Source of the DNA: Mobula hypostoma
Taxonomy: Eukaryota
Direction: 5' to 3'
Length of the DNA stretch: 64,000 nt
Assembly: GCF_963921235.1 (NCBI RefSeq)
Contig: NC_086097.1
Coordinates: 164,488,001 to 164,552,000 of the forward strand
Shown here: in pieces, positions 62,591 through 64,000 of the stretch
How the letters are laid out: the number at the start of each line of letters is the position of its first letter
Numbering within the stretch: the first letter of the stretch is position 1
Position numbers and translations under genes: made by a program
Notes under the pieces: model-generated
Database searches by the model: none
What the model was told of the DNA's origin: nothing
Seen by the model: the letters and a program-made list of their open reading frames with translations, nothing else

Positions 62591-64000
62591 ATCATAGAAA
62601 CATAGAAACATAGAAAATAGGTGCAGGAGTAGGCCATTCGGCCCTTCGAGCCTGCACCGCCATTTATTATGATCATGGCTGATCATCCAACTCAGAACCC
62701 CGCCCCAGCCTTCCCTCCATACCCCCTGACCCCTGTAGCCACAAGGGCCATATCTAACTCCCTCTTAAACATAGCCAATGAACTGGCCTCAACAGTTTCC
62801 TGTGGCAGAGAATTCCACAGATTCACCACTCTCTGTGTGAAGAAGTTTTTCCTAATCTCAGTCCTAAAAGGCTTCCCCTCTATCCTCAAACTGTGACCCC
62901 TCGTTCTGGACTTCCCCAACATCGGGAACAATCTTCCTGCATCTAGCCTGTCCAATCCCTTTAGGATCTTATACGTTTCAATCAGATCCCCCCTCAATCT
63001 TCTAAATTCCAACGAGTACAAGCCCAGTTCATCCAGTCTTTCTTCATATGAAAGTCCTGCCATCCCAGGAATCAATCTGGTGAACCTTCTTTGCACTCCC
63101 TCTATGGCAAAGATGTCTTTCCTCAGATTAGGGGACCAAAACTGCACACAATACTCCAGGTGTGGTCTCACCAAGGCCTTGTACAACTGCAGTAGTACCT
63201 CCCTGCTCCTGTACTCGAATCCTCTCGCTATAAATGCCAGCATACCATTCGCCTTTTTCACCGCCTGCTGTACCTGCATGCCCACTTTCAATGACTGGTG
63301 TATAATGACACCCAGGTCTCGTTGCACCTCCCCTTTTCCTAATCGGCCACCATTCAGATAATAATCTGTTTTCCTATTTTTGCCACCAAAGTGGATAACT
63401 TCACATTTATCCACATTAAATTGCATCTGCCATGAGTTTGCCCACTCACCCAACCTATCCAAGTCACCCTGCATCCTCTTAGCATCCTCCTCACTGCTAA
63501 CACTGCCACCCAGCTTCGTGTCATCCGCAAATTTGGAGATGCTGCATTTAATTCCCTCATCCAAGTCATTAATATATATTGTAAACAACTGGGGTCCCAG
63601 CATTGAGCCTTGCGGTACCCCACTAGTCACCACCTGCCATTCTGAAAAGGTCCCGTTTATTCCCACTCTTTGCTTCCTGTCTGCTAACCAATTCTCCACC
63701 CACACCAATACCTTACCCCCAATACTGTGTGCTTTAAGTTTGCACACTAATCTCCTGTGTGGGACCTTGTCAAAAGCCTTTTGAAAATCCAAATATACCA
63801 CATCCACTGGTTCTCCCCTATCCACTCTACTAGTTACATCCTCAAAAAATTCTATGAGATTCGTCAGACATGATTTTCCTTTCACAAATCCATGCTGACT
63901 TTGTCCGATCATTTCACCGCTTTCCAAATGTGCTGTTATCACATCCTTGATAACTGACTCCAGCAGTTTCCCCACCACCGACGTTAGGCTAACCAGTCTA
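62591..64000 (-). mobile_element. Young CR1 LINE 3' portion with (TTTCTATG)n tail; continues past the window end
   Basis: (CATAGAAA)3 at 62593-62616 on the plus strand and the CR1 3' UTR region. Confidence 0.95.
62692..63978 (-). CDS. CR1 ORF2 reverse transcriptase domain, uninterrupted (partial)
   Basis: 428 aa with no stop: QHGFVKGKSCLTNL, YLDFQKAFDKVPH, SGVPQGSMLGPQLF, KFADDTK. Confidence 0.9.
   Translation of the reverse strand: MVGKLLESVIKDVITAHLESGEMIGQSQHGFVKGKSCLTNLIEFFEDVTSRVDRGEPVDVVYLDFQKAFDKVPHRRLVCKLKAHSIGGKVLVWVENWLADRKQRVGINGTFSEWQVVTSGVPQGSMLGPQLFTIYINDLDEGIKCSISKFADDTKLGGSVSSEEDAKRMQGDLDRLGEWANSWQMQFNVDKCEVIHFGGKNRKTDYYLNGGRLGKGEVQRDLGVIIHQSLKVGMQVQQAVKKANGMLAFIARGFEYRSREVLLQLYKALVRPHLEYCVQFWSPNLRKDIFAIEGVQRRFTRLIPGMAGLSYEERLDELGLYSLEFRRLRGDLIETYKILKGLDRLDAGRLFPMLGKSRTRGHSLRIEGKPFRTEIRKNFFTQRVVNLWNSLPQETVEASSLAMFKRELDMALVATGVRGYGGKAGAGF

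Overview
Vertebrate genomic DNA, repeat-dense and AT-rich. The V-SINE/HE1-like SINEs, abundant CR1 and Penelope remnants suggest a cartilaginous fish, probably a ray or shark (inference). The one host gene is RAB12 on the + strand: coding exons 2-6 at 17503-17563, 19977-20115, 25368-25457, 27063-27167 and 30435-30545, ending ...PNVRCC*. Exon 1 is not seen and probably lies upstream. The last intron has a non-canonical GC donor. Most of the rest is transposable-element debris: CR1, Rex1/Babar, L1 and RTE LINEs, Tc1 and Tigger DNA transposons and MITEs, tRNA-SINEs, and two inverted solo LTRs of one family. A cluster at 49.5-62.4 kb holds three Gypsy lineages (PNMA-gag type, Sushi chromovirus type, Mag type), followed by a young CR1 with an open ORF2 to the window edge. 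The most notable signals are Penelope-type ends carrying minimal hammerhead ribozyme motifs, a GGGAAAC slippery site plus hairpin at the gag/pol junction of the PNMA-like Gypsy, the GC-AG intron controlling the Rab12 prenylation exon, and a 49-bp minisatellite inside a SINE. These fit known classes; I see no firm evidence of a wholly new system.
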